32,000 nucleotides of DNA from an uncultured Desulfuromonas sp. GTDB taxonomy: Bacteria > Desulfobacterota > Desulfuromonadia > Desulfuromonadales > Desulfuromonadaceae. Both the position numbers and the translations under genes were made by a program. How positions within the stretch are numbered: position 1 is the first letter of the stretch; the number at the start of each line of letters is the position of its first letter. Positions 1-8,105 of this stretch are shown here, one piece after another. The notes beneath the pieces are model-generated. The model had not been told where the DNA came from and did not search any database. It saw only the letters and a list, made by a program, of their open reading frames with translations. The stretch lies in assembly GCA_963676955.1 (NCBI GenBank), contig OY781461.1:1512225-1544224 (forward strand), written 5' to 3'.

Positions 1-164
1 TTGAGGGGAAAGCAGACTGCCGCAACGAACCGTCCACGTCCAAGCAACCCGAACCATGCCGCAGCCATATTGCCCATCGGGATAGAAAAGGTCGGCACTC
101 GGGCCAGGAAGGGCAGGCAAAACGCGCTCACCGTCGAGGAAGGAAAACGCAGGAAGCACAAGAG

Positions 165-1433
165 ATGGCGAAAATTTACTACAGTCTCTACGACCGGCTG
201 TTACACGAACAGAGACTACTTCGGGCATACGCGAAAATCAGGTCCAACAAAGGCAAGGCCGGAATCGACGGCCAGAGCGTAGAGGACTTTGCCGACCACC
301 TGCCGGAAGAAATCGCCGCCCTTGTGGGCGAACTCAAGGACAAGAGCTATCGACCAAAGCCAGTGAGGCGGGTAGAAATCCCCAAGCCTGACGGCGGCGT
401 CCGCCGGCTCGGAATCCCGACGGTTCGTGACCGTGTCGTCCAGCAGGCACTGCTGGACATCTTGCAGCCGATCTTTGATCCTGACTTTCATCCGTCCAGC
501 TACGGTTATCGTCCGGGCCGCAGTGCCCATCAGGCGATCGCCAAAGCCAGCCTGTTTATCAGGCGCTACCAACGGCGCTGGGTGGTGGACATGGACCTGT
601 CGAAATGCTTCGACACCCTAGACCATGACCAGATCATCCAGAGCATTCGTCGCCGGGTGACCGATGGAAGCATACTGGGATTAATTCGGCTGTTTCTGCA
701 AAGCGGGAACATGACGCAAGACGGCTGGCAAGCAAGCGAACAAGGGAGCCCCCAAGGCGGGGTGATCAGTCCGCTAATCGCCAACGTCTACCTCGACGCC
801 TTCGACCAGCACATGAAAAACCGAGGGCATCGAATCGTCCGCTACGCGGACGATATCCTGATCCTGTGTGGATCAAGAAGCGGGGCGGAAAACGCCTTCA
901 ACGTGGCAAGAAACTATCTGGAAGAAACCCTTCACCTGAGGGTCAACGAACGCAAGAGCCGGATTGTTCACAGCAGCGAAGGCGTACCCTATCTCGGAGT
1001 CATCATCACGAGCCGGTACACACGCATACAGAGCGAGAAGGTTCGACAGTTCAAAGCCAAGGTGAAGCGGATCACCCGGCGCAATACACCAGTCAATCTG
1101 GCCAAGGTCATCCACGACCTGAACCCGGTACTGCGTGGATTCACCAACTACTTCCGGGTAGCCAACTGCCGCGAGCAGTTCAGAAAACTGTCCCGGTGGA
1201 TTCGCCGACGCCTGCGAGCCAAGCAGCTGACACTGTGGAAAAAGCCGCAACGGCTCCACCGCAGACTCCGGCAGCTAGGCTATCAGGGCGAGTTCAAGGC
1301 CATCAAAATGAACTCATGGCGCAATGCCGCCAGCAACCTGGCCAACTATGCAATGCCGAACATCTGGTTTGCAAAGCAGGGACTTTTTGATCTAAGCAGA
1401 GTAGAGACGGGCTATCTGCCTCAGAGCTATTAG
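165..1433 (+). CDS. Group II intron reverse transcriptase/maturase (RT domains 0-7 plus X/maturase domain; no DNA-endonuclease domain)
   Basis: RT motifs are present: PKPDGGVRRLGIPTVRDRVVQQAL, YGYRPGRSAHQA, VVDMDLSKCFDTLDH, GSPQGGVISPLIANVYLD, the catalytic RYADDILIL, and the X-domain LNPVLRGFTNYF...WIRRRLR. The ORF ends shortly after domain X, so there is no HNH/En extension. Confidence 0.95.
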   Translation: MAKIYYSLYDRLLHEQRLLRAYAKIRSNKGKAGIDGQSVEDFADHLPEEIAALVGELKDKSYRPKPVRRVEIPKPDGGVRRLGIPTVRDRVVQQALLDILQPIFDPDFHPSSYGYRPGRSAHQAIAKASLFIRRYQRRWVVDMDLSKCFDTLDHDQIIQSIRRRVTDGSILGLIRLFLQSGNMTQDGWQASEQGSPQGGVISPLIANVYLDAFDQHMKNRGHRIVRYADDILILCGSRSGAENAFNVARNYLEETLHLRVNERKSRIVHSSEGVPYLGVIITSRYTRIQSEKVRQFKAKVKRITRRNTPVNLAKVIHDLNPVLRGFTNYFRVANCREQFRKLSRWIRRRLRAKQLTLWKKPQRLHRRLRQLGYQGEFKAIKMNSWRNAASNLANYAMPNIWFAKQGLFDLSRVETGYLPQSY

Positions 1434-1449
1434 AGAGAAGAATGAACAG

Positions 1450-1527
1450 GAGCCGTGTACGAGGCCCGTACGCACGGTTCTGTGAGAGGGATGAGGTGAG
1501 AATTGACCATCTCACCTCACCCTACTC
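1450..1527 (+). ncRNA. Group II intron catalytic domain V (1450-1480) and branch-point domain VI (1484-1527)
   Basis: Domain V has a 7-bp lower stem (GAGCCGT/ACGGTTC, containing the AGC triad), a 2-nt bulge on the 3' strand and a 5-bp upper stem. Domain VI is a long stem (GGG-TGAGGTGAG/CTCACCTCA-CCC) with a basal extension that leaves A1524 bulged. Confidence 0.75.
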
Positions 1528-1986
1528 GATTCTCTAGCTCCTGCCAAACTCCTGTAACAGAATCTTTCTGCTGATCCAGGTTTGTGTGCTAGGATGAATC
1601 CGTTTTTATTAGCATTTGCCATGGTCCGGTCTGTGGCTGGTCACAAAATGGCTGCAACGGGATTTATACCTGTGTTGACCGAGGATTCATGGTTAAATTG
1701 GCAGCGGTTCGTTCCTGTCAGACAGACGATTAAAACATAGCCTGCTAATGACCCCGCCGGGGATATTTTATCCAACCTTTATGGGAAACACATGGAATCG
1801 GTACAGAATCTCTGGAAAATGAAGCTCCGGAACTGTGGAAGGCCTTTACGGCGGCTTGCAGCAAACGCACAGAAAGGTGACAGATTTTATTTTAAGCCCT
1901 CCTTTAATGCGCGAAATTTTTGACCCCAATGAAACTGATGAATTAGGAAAACGCCTTAAGCTCTATCAGGATAATTAATTCAAACT

Positions 1987-3237
1987 TTACCGCGCGGTTG
2001 AAAACGGATTCAAAAACTGACGCCCCCACATCAGAGCCTTATCAACCGTGCTTAGCTCCGCTTCTTCACAGACACGATCCCAATGTTCACGAATGACGGC
2101 TTCTGTTTTATCAAAGAGGCTCATTGCCTCATCAGCGGACAAGAGAAAGTGCGGAGCAACCTCCAGGCAGGTTTTGAGTTGGCTGAAGCGATTATTGCCG
2201 ACAATTAACATGGCCTGTGTCGCTTCATTGCCTGTGCGCGCTTGCGGGCAAATGTCATAGGCGGGAGTTAAGGTCAATTCGCGCCCGTCCCAAAAGGCCG
2301 CATGGTTGCGGGCATGATCATCCGTATTTCCACATAGGATATTAAACACCAGGCGACCATACAGCTCTTGAAGCGTCTGTTTCGGCCTGGAAAAACGTGC
2401 GCGTATCATTTGTGCCAGCTCTTCATAGCTCGCATAGCGTGCCGTCATGTCGCTTAACCCAAACAGGGTCAGGGCGGAGACCATGCTTTTGCGCGTCCAC
2501 CCGGAATCTGATCGGAGGCGGTCAAAGCGTTCAATCAGCAACACATCTTTACCGGCGGCCTTGACCAACCGAACCGGCGCGACATTCAGTCCCGCCATTG
2601 CTGCCAGCCTCATCGCGATATATTCGGCTTTAACCACGCTGTAGGTATCGCTGCTGGATGAAAATTTAGCGATATATTTTGTCCCACGATCTTCAATCAA
2701 AGCTTTGGGGCGTGCTCCACCGATGGAGCTGCCATGAAATAAGGCCTGATCAAGTTCTGGGGTCAACGGGACACCTTTCTCAACCCGCTCCGCGGATTCC
2801 AGCAATTCCTCCAGCCGGGCATTGTGGGGCGATCTTGGGGTGTATTCACGTGGAGAGCGCTGAAAGTCCAGCGCGCCGATCCGGTCTGAACCAGATTCAA
2901 GTAAATAGGTCAGTTCATCAAGTTCCGCCGTATCCGTATGACGCCCTTTTTTTCCTAACTGCCGATTGATAATGACGCGCCGTCCCCATGCATCAGGCGC
3001 AGCATCGCGAATGCAGTTTGGAATTTCCAAGTCGCCGAGTAAAGGTAATATGCCGGGCTGCAAAGGCAGTTCAGGGTCGTAAATAGGGATAGCCTCTGGC
3101 CGGTTCAGATAGCTTTTACCATAGTTAAATTGGACAAGATGATTATCCGCTTCAAGCTTTCCGGCGACAACCGGCTTGGTTTTTCCCGGCAACCAGATCC
3201 AGACATAGGCTTCTTTGTTGTTTTGCTTAGAAGTCAT
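1987..3237 (-). CDS. hipA: HipA-family serine/threonine kinase toxin (type II TA)
   Basis: The 416-aa protein has HipA N-terminal features (DRIGALDF, GGARPK) and the catalytic-loop motif GNTDDHARNHAAF followed by LTPAYDICP. It overlaps the upstream HTH gene by 11 nt. Confidence 0.9.
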   Translation of the reverse strand: MTSKQNNKEAYVWIWLPGKTKPVVAGKLEADNHLVQFNYGKSYLNRPEAIPIYDPELPLQPGILPLLGDLEIPNCIRDAAPDAWGRRVIINRQLGKKGRHTDTAELDELTYLLESGSDRIGALDFQRSPREYTPRSPHNARLEELLESAERVEKGVPLTPELDQALFHGSSIGGARPKALIEDRGTKYIAKFSSSSDTYSVVKAEYIAMRLAAMAGLNVAPVRLVKAAGKDVLLIERFDRLRSDSGWTRKSMVSALTLFGLSDMTARYASYEELAQMIRARFSRPKQTLQELYGRLVFNILCGNTDDHARNHAAFWDGRELTLTPAYDICPQARTGNEATQAMLIVGNNRFSQLKTCLEVAPHFLLSADEAMSLFDKTEAVIREHWDRVCEEAELSTVDKALMWGRQFLNPFSTAR

Positions 3238-3559
3238 CGTCGGCTACCTTTGTTTGCTCCCTGATCCGCTTTGGGAGGAGGGCTATTTTGCTTTGGGTTA
3301 AATCAATGCTGGTTGAAAGCCTTTGGCTGTCCTGCTCAAACAGAGGCACGCCCACTAACACGGCAACTTCAAACACAAGACCAATCCCCGGTGTCATCTC
3401 ACCGGCTTCAATTTTTTGCAGCGTTGCGCGCGAGATCCCGGCACGCTCGGCCAAATTCGCTTCAGACCATTTGCGCTTTTTGCGTGCAAGTTTTATCTGC
3501 TGCCCCAGCAAGAGAGCTGCTTCCTTTGCGTATTTCGAATACGTTCTTTTTTTTGTCAT
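3227..3559 (-). CDS. hipB: XRE/Cro-type HTH antitoxin (HipB-like)
   Basis: The 110-aa protein contains the HTH segment WSEANLAERAGISRATLQKIEAGE. It lies directly upstream of hipA and overlaps it. Confidence 0.8.
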   Translation of the reverse strand: MTKKRTYSKYAKEAALLLGQQIKLARKKRKWSEANLAERAGISRATLQKIEAGEMTPGIGLVFEVAVLVGVPLFEQDSQRLSTSIDLTQSKIALLPKRIREQTKVADDDF

Positions 3560-3570
3560 GTTAGCACCTT

Positions 3571-3671
3571 AAATGGCTACTACAGTATTCGTAAAGCTAT
3601 TTAAAGATTATTATAATAGCCATTTTTTAAATGTCAAAATATGTTGGAAAGGATTGACTACTATAGTGGTC
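3571..3671. promoter_or_regulatory. Candidate HipB operator sites in the divergent promoter region
   Basis: There is an inverted repeat AAATGGCTA (3571-3579) / TAGCCATTT (3617-3625). There is also a near-palindrome GACTACTATAGTGGTC (3656-3671) whose CTACTAYAGT core recurs at 3577-3586. All sit in the AT-rich gap just upstream of hipB. Confidence 0.35.
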
Positions 3672-3987
3672 ACAAAATAGCTTAATGCCTTTTATGATAG
3701 TCATTGACAGGTTTTGTCGAGAAAGAAATCGGTGCTTCCTTTTTATAGTTAGTGTTCTCTCCAAGGGCTGGACACATGACACTCTTGTTCAATAACGAAT
3801 TTACATAACTCCCAAAAATTAAATCCACCGGTGCCATAAACCCCAAAAATCTAAATTGAGATTAAAAAACTGCCCTGAAACCCCATTTGTTTAACAATTC
3901 TGTCGTTGAGTTGAGTTGCGTTCGGCTAAAAAGAGCATTGCCAAGAGCATGAATCCTCTCAATAATGCAAGCTATATTATGCGATAA

Positions 3988-4230
3988 ATGGAACTCATGG
4001 CTGAACGGGCAGGCATATCAAGGGTTACACTTTCTAAAATTGAAAAGGGGGAAGCAACGGCTTCCATGGGGGCTTATGTCTCCGTCCTTTTTGCTTTGGG
4101 GCTGGTGGATAATCTTCAAAATCTTGCCGATGCCGGCCTGGATATCGTTGGGCGCGAATTGGAAGAAAACCCTCCTAAACGTGTGAGGCCTCCCAAAAGT
4201 AACAAAGGCAGTGAACCAAGAGCAGTCGAG
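3988..4230 (+). pseudogene. N-terminally truncated HipB-like HTH fragment
   Basis: MELMAERAGISRVTLSKIEKGE matches helices 2-3 of the intact HipB (LAERAGISRATLQKIEAGE). The codon before the ATG is a stop (TAA 3985-3987), so helix 1 is missing. The track ORF 3988-4386 runs on out of frame into hipA remnant DNA. Confidence 0.6.
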
Positions 4231-4238
4231 AAATATAT

Positions 4239-4823
4239 GTTTTTGTCCAGCTCTGAGAGGACACAATTCCAGTCGGAAAACTGTGGTGTCACCAACGCGG
4301 TGCACGCGAAAGTGCATCTTGTGAATATGATCAGAACTGGCTCAAACATCCTGAACGCTTTGCCCTTGATCCTGCATTGCAACTAACAAAGGGCGCCTTC
4401 CATACTCAGGCGGATCAACTCCTTTTTGTCGCTATTGGCGATTCCGCGCCGAATCGTTGGGGCTGATTATCTTCTGTGTTGATGATGAAGCGCGGCAAGG
4501 GGCGTTGAGATTTTCCCTCAAATCTGATGGTGGTTATCTCCTGCCTACGATATCAATCCCACGCCTGTTGAAATCAAAGCACGTATTCTTTCAATTGCCA
4601 TTGATTTTGACGACCCGATAGTCTCTATGGATGCCGCGCTTTCTGTGCGTGATGAATTTCGGATTAAAAAAAACGCACCCGTGAAATGATTAAGGAGGTC
4701 AGTGCGGCTGTTAGCCAGTGGCAGAAAATTGCTGCACAATATGGCCTCAGCAAAAGAGAAATTGAGCGCATGTCCTCTGCCTTTGAGCATGAGGATGCTG
4801 ATAAAAAAGGGACTTGCATCTGA
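4239..4823 (+). pseudogene. Decayed hipA, with an in-frame stop, frameshifts and the kinase core deleted
   Basis: Frame from 4239: VFVQL*EDTIPVGKLW...YDQNWLKHPERFALDPALQL...IGDSAPNRWG* (HipA N-terminal domain). RQGALRFS lies in a different frame. Frame from 4546: SPAYDINPTPVEIKARILSIAIDF. Frame from 4686: MIKEVSAAVSQWQKIAAQYGLSKREIERMSSAF (HipA C-terminus). About 585 nt remain, against 1251 nt for the intact copy, and no GNTDDHxRN motif is present. Confidence 0.75.
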
Positions 4824-4835
4824 CATGCAAGTCCC
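4809..4835. terminator. Bidirectional intrinsic terminator hairpin between convergent genes
   Basis: The stem GGGACTTGCAT/ATGCAAGTCCC (11 bp) has a 5-nt loop. It is flanked by an A-run (4803-4808) and a T-run (4836-4840). Confidence 0.65.
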
Positions 4836-4858
4836 TTTTTCAGTTTATCTCATTGAAC

Positions 4859-5638
4859 TTAAGCGTCGGTAGTGTCGTCCGCGTAGGGGCAATCCTGCAG
4901 ATTCTGATTTTGACCGGCTCTGTCTGTGGAATCCATGGAGCCGCCGTTGGCGTTGGCCCGACCGGCCTCACGCTCGGAATTGACAATGGCATCCACCTCT
5001 TCCTGAGTCAGGTATTGGGCGGCGTATTCCACATCGTTGAGAGAGAGCTGGTAAACAAAGCTTCTCAGGTGGTTGCGGGAACCGCGCAGCAGATTCTGGT
5101 AGACGGTCATGATATCTTCATTGTCGGTCTGCGCAAGGTACTCTTGCAGGTCGTAGATATCAAGATCTTCAATCGTAGCGCCGACATGCAGGGCATCAAT
5201 CAGAGAAGCGCTGCCACGATCAACCAGGGAATCGTAGAGGTCCTGCATGCTGTCGGAATCAAACATGCCGACGGTATCCGCATTCAACGGAAAATCCAGT
5301 TCATAGCGCTCAAGCAGGTAGGCTACGGCATCCATGTGGCGTTGCTCACTGGTGGCGATATGATCAAAAACCCAATGTCCCCAGGTGGCGTAAAGCGCGG
5401 TGTAAACGTCGCGGGCGACTTTTTCTTCTTCATACATATAAAGAAGTTCAGCGGCTTCTTCTTCGCTTAATTCTTCAAGGGGCAGTTGGTCGATCAGGCA
5501 GTCAACAGTTCCGGCCAGGGCGCTGCCGTTGGAGGCCGGCGTTTGTTGTCCTGATCCACCGCGATAACCGGCCGCAACACACAGTGATGCAGTAAGCAGG
5601 ACACACAAAAGACTCATGATGAGAGAGGAAGATTTCAT
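4859..5638 (-). CDS. Secreted ferritin-like protein (DUF2202-type)
   Basis: It has an N-terminal signal peptide (MKSSSLIMSLLCVLLTASLCVAAG). The motif block LSEEEAAELLYMYEEEKVARDVY...SEQRHMDAV is typical of the DUF2202 ferritin-like family. An AGGAG lies 6 nt upstream of the ATG. Confidence 0.7.
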   Translation of the reverse strand: MKSSSLIMSLLCVLLTASLCVAAGYRGGSGQQTPASNGSALAGTVDCLIDQLPLEELSEEEAAELLYMYEEEKVARDVYTALYATWGHWVFDHIATSEQRHMDAVAYLLERYELDFPLNADTVGMFDSDSMQDLYDSLVDRGSASLIDALHVGATIEDLDIYDLQEYLAQTDNEDIMTVYQNLLRGSRNHLRSFVYQLSLNDVEYAAQYLTQEEVDAIVNSEREAGRANANGGSMDSTDRAGQNQNLQDCPYADDTTDA

Positions 5639-5828
5639 TGTTAGGCTCCTTTTCCTGGGGGGATAAAATAGTTGGTTTATTTTTCTGATATATCAAGTTG
5701 CGTGCCATCAGAATGATTTTTTGTAACTATTTGAAAACAAAATACTTTTTATGGTTGCTTGTTTTTGGCAGGTGTCGAGAGTCGACAAGAAGTGCTGATT
5801 GGAGCGACAATCTTGTCGATTTGTGTTT

Positions 5829-6227
5829 TTATGATTTTTTTGAATAAACTTCAAAATAATGTCGTTGAATATGATGTGAAAGTTTTTCAGCCGTGGGGCT
5901 GAAGACTTTTATTTTGCTGAAATCCACCGGATCGGCGCAGAAGATGTAGGTCAGCCTCAGATCCTCAAGACTGTCGACGGTCAGGCCGCAAAAGACAATC
6001 CGCAACTCGGCGAGCTAGTCGTTTAAGTCCGCGGGCAGCGCCATCATGTAGGGGGGTGTCGTGAGGCGGGTTGGCCCGTTGGCTTCAGCGGTTTGCGTGA
6101 CAATCTCTACACTGTTCTGCGTGTTTTCAATCAATTCCCGGACCGTCAGCGGACGCTGGCTTAATATCGCTTGAGTTTGGCTATGACAGGGCAACGATTG
6201 AGTGGTGGCGGCTGCTGTTTTCGACAT
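5829..6227 (-). other. Unassigned ORF pair in one frame, separated by a single TAG (6015-6017). Possibly a pseudogene or two small ORFs.
   Basis: The first part starts at the ATG at 6227 (MSKTAAATT...ALPADLND). After the TAG, 61 further sense codons follow (LAELRIVFCGLTVDSLEDL...HYFEVYSKKS) to the TAA at 5829-5831. I recognise no family. Confidence 0.25.
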
Positions 6228-7698
6228 ACGCGGCAACCTGCCGGGCAAACGGATCACACAGGTCGATCCTGGCGAAATCAATGGCCAGATTGTTGAGATA
6301 TTGCAGGATCAGGGTATGGCGTCCGTGCAAGCCAAACGGCAACACGCCGCAAAAGAAGAAGCCCATCTTTTCACTGGCCTCACACAGCGCATCACATCCG
6401 GGCTGTTCCAGATCGAGAAACAGATAGAGAACATCGGTGCGTTCCAGGCACAGTCGTTTGGTGGCGACGAAAATTTCGTCGGCCATAGCGGCATCGTTGC
6501 TGAAACAAAGAATGTCCGCGGTATTAAAAATGTCCATCCGCGTGTAGCTGAGTTTGCAGTCCTCGTCGTGGCGATCGGTCTGCGTTGTCGGCACCTGCGG
6601 AGCTTCCATCGTAACCGGAACCTCGCAGTGGTGAAAGATGTCCCCGATCATGTTGCTGTGCTGTTTGGGGGGATAGATTTGCCGCAATGAGGCGTTAAAC
6701 GCCTTGAACACCAGCAGCGCACTCTCTTTCTGGACGGTTTTTCCCGTCAGCTTTTTGAATTCGACATCGTCGGGGAAAAGCCCCAGCAGCAAGCCACACC
6801 CGGCACACCCGGACGCGTGCAATTTTTTCTGTGACAAAGCGTGGCTGGTAACGGCGCGGCTATAGAGACCGGCCAGATTCTCTTGACCCGCCTGTTTGAA
6901 CAGGTAGCGGTGAATGCTGTCGAAGATACCTTTTTTGCGATAGGCCGGGTTGACAAACAGCACACCGGCTTCGGCAACCGGATCGTGGGGGTGATAAAAT
7001 TTCAACGCCGCATGACCTAAAAGGGTCTGTTGATCATCGACGGCCACATAAGAGCGTAAGGTGCCGCTGCGGTTCATCTCGACAATCTGCTCAGGGTAAT
7101 AGATGTAAGACTCGTAGCTGTAGCCATAGGCACGGTAGGCACAGCGTGAGATTTCCAGGGCATCGTCAGGGATAAACGGACGGACCTGCCATGTTGTCAG
7201 GGCAACGGGCGTTTCCGGTGGCTTGGGCGAGGACGGCGTCAGCGGGTCAATCCGTTTTGCCGCGACATGCTTGATCAGCAAGGTCTCTTTTCCGCCCCGG
7301 CCGAGATTGCGAAAATGCACTTCATCCATGGCCTGTTGGAGTAAAAACAGGCTCAAGGAGTCCTTGTGCAGTGGGGCGTCGTCCATGAGGGTGGTGGGGT
7401 CATAGCGGGGAATTTGCCCGGGAGCGACCGGCAGCCCTTTGTCGTAGATGGAGAGCTCCATGCGACCGGCAACATAGCGACACTCCAGGCGGATCTCCTG
7501 CGGGTCTTCCGCGGCTAACCCGTTTATGCCCAGCCCGTTCATGGTATAAACCAGGGCTTCTTCCGTCGCCAGTTGCACCGAGGCGACCTCGTTGTCGGCA
7601 AAGCCGAATAACTGTGCCGTCTGCTGGATAAAAGCCATGGCCACGGGCAGAAACTCCAGTTGACCGGGAAGCTTCAGGGTCAGTGTCGTTGCGGGCAT
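6181..7698 (-). CDS. RsbW/SpoIIAB-like (HATPase_c_2-type) module fused to a GNAT acetyltransferase core and an uncharacterised C-terminal domain
   Basis: I place the start at M42 of the track ORF (ATG 7698), with AAGGAG 6 nt upstream. The N-terminus (LKLPGQLEFLPVAMAFIQQTAQLFGF...ATEEAL...IYDKGLPV) resembles anti-sigma kinases. The middle has a GNAT motif A-like VLFVNPAYRKKGIFDSI. It is the last gene of a tight operon. Confidence 0.7.
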   Translation of the reverse strand: MPATTLTLKLPGQLEFLPVAMAFIQQTAQLFGFADNEVASVQLATEEALVYTMNGLGINGLAAEDPQEIRLECRYVAGRMELSIYDKGLPVAPGQIPRYDPTTLMDDAPLHKDSLSLFLLQQAMDEVHFRNLGRGGKETLLIKHVAAKRIDPLTPSSPKPPETPVALTTWQVRPFIPDDALEISRCAYRAYGYSYESYIYYPEQIVEMNRSGTLRSYVAVDDQQTLLGHAALKFYHPHDPVAEAGVLFVNPAYRKKGIFDSIHRYLFKQAGQENLAGLYSRAVTSHALSQKKLHASGCAGCGLLLGLFPDDVEFKKLTGKTVQKESALLVFKAFNASLRQIYPPKQHSNMIGDIFHHCEVPVTMEAPQVPTTQTDRHDEDCKLSYTRMDIFNTADILCFSNDAAMADEIFVATKRLCLERTDVLYLFLDLEQPGCDALCEASEKMGFFFCGVLPFGLHGRHTLILQYLNNLAIDFARIDLCDPFARQVAAYVENSSRHHSIVALS

Positions 7699-7732
7699 AA
7701 CGGCTCCTTGATGATGACAAATGGCGCGGTGT

Positions 7733-8086
7733 TTATGCGCCTTGGCACAGGGCAATCGCTTGTTCCAGATCGTCCACCACGTTGAGGATGGCGACAAAGC
7801 CGCTGATCTCGAACACCTCACGGATATGGCTGGATAAGCCGCTCACCGCCAGAGCCCCCTGCTGTGCTTTCACCCGCTTGACCGCCATAAGGAACACCCG
7901 CAATCCGGCGCTGGAGATATAATCTAATCCGGAACAGTCAAAAACGAGGTGGTGTTGCCCTTGTTCGATGTCATTCATCAGCTGTTGTTCAAAAGCCGGG
8001 GCAGTGGTGCTGTCCAGGCGGCCATTCAACGCGATCAGTAACAGGTTGTCGCGCTGGTCTTTGGTTACGTTCAGTTGATCTTCCAT
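7733..8086 (-). CDS. STAS-domain anti-sigma-factor antagonist (SpoIIAA/RsbV-like)
   Basis: The 117-aa product starts at the internal ATG 8086 (MEDQLNV...), with an AAGGAT RBS. It has the conserved DCSGLDYISSAGLRVFL segment with the phosphorylatable Ser. Confidence 0.85.
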   Translation of the reverse strand: MEDQLNVTKDQRDNLLLIALNGRLDSTTAPAFEQQLMNDIEQGQHHLVFDCSGLDYISSAGLRVFLMAVKRVKAQQGALAVSGLSSHIREVFEISGFVAILNVVDDLEQAIALCQGA

Positions 8087-8105
8087 GATTCCATCCTTTG
8101 CATGA

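Larger units (their letters stand above)
1..1530 (+). mobile_element. Group II intron, 3' portion. The 5' end lies upstream of the window. It carries the intron-encoded protein ORF plus RNA domains V and VI.
   Basis: The RT/maturase ORF (165-1433) is followed 16 nt later by a textbook domain V hairpin at 1450-1480 (GAGCCGT-GTACG-loop-CGTAC-GC bulge-ACGGTTC). A domain VI stem follows at 1484-1527 (GAGAGGG...CCCT[A]CTC, bulged A at 1524). The 3' boundary (~1530) is estimated from branch-A spacing only. Confidence 0.85.

Noticed and set aside
1-282. A 93-aa ORF at the window edge and other ORFs overlapping the intron IEP (216-572, 866-1390, 873-1259).
   Set aside because: They lie within intron RNA or alternate frames of the IEP. 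Only the 165-1433 frame carries RT motifs.
4814-5470. A 218-aa plus-strand ORF overlapping the DUF2202-type gene.
   Set aside because: It is a shadow ORF. The minus-strand frame has a signal peptide, an RBS and ferritin-like motifs, and the plus-strand product has none.
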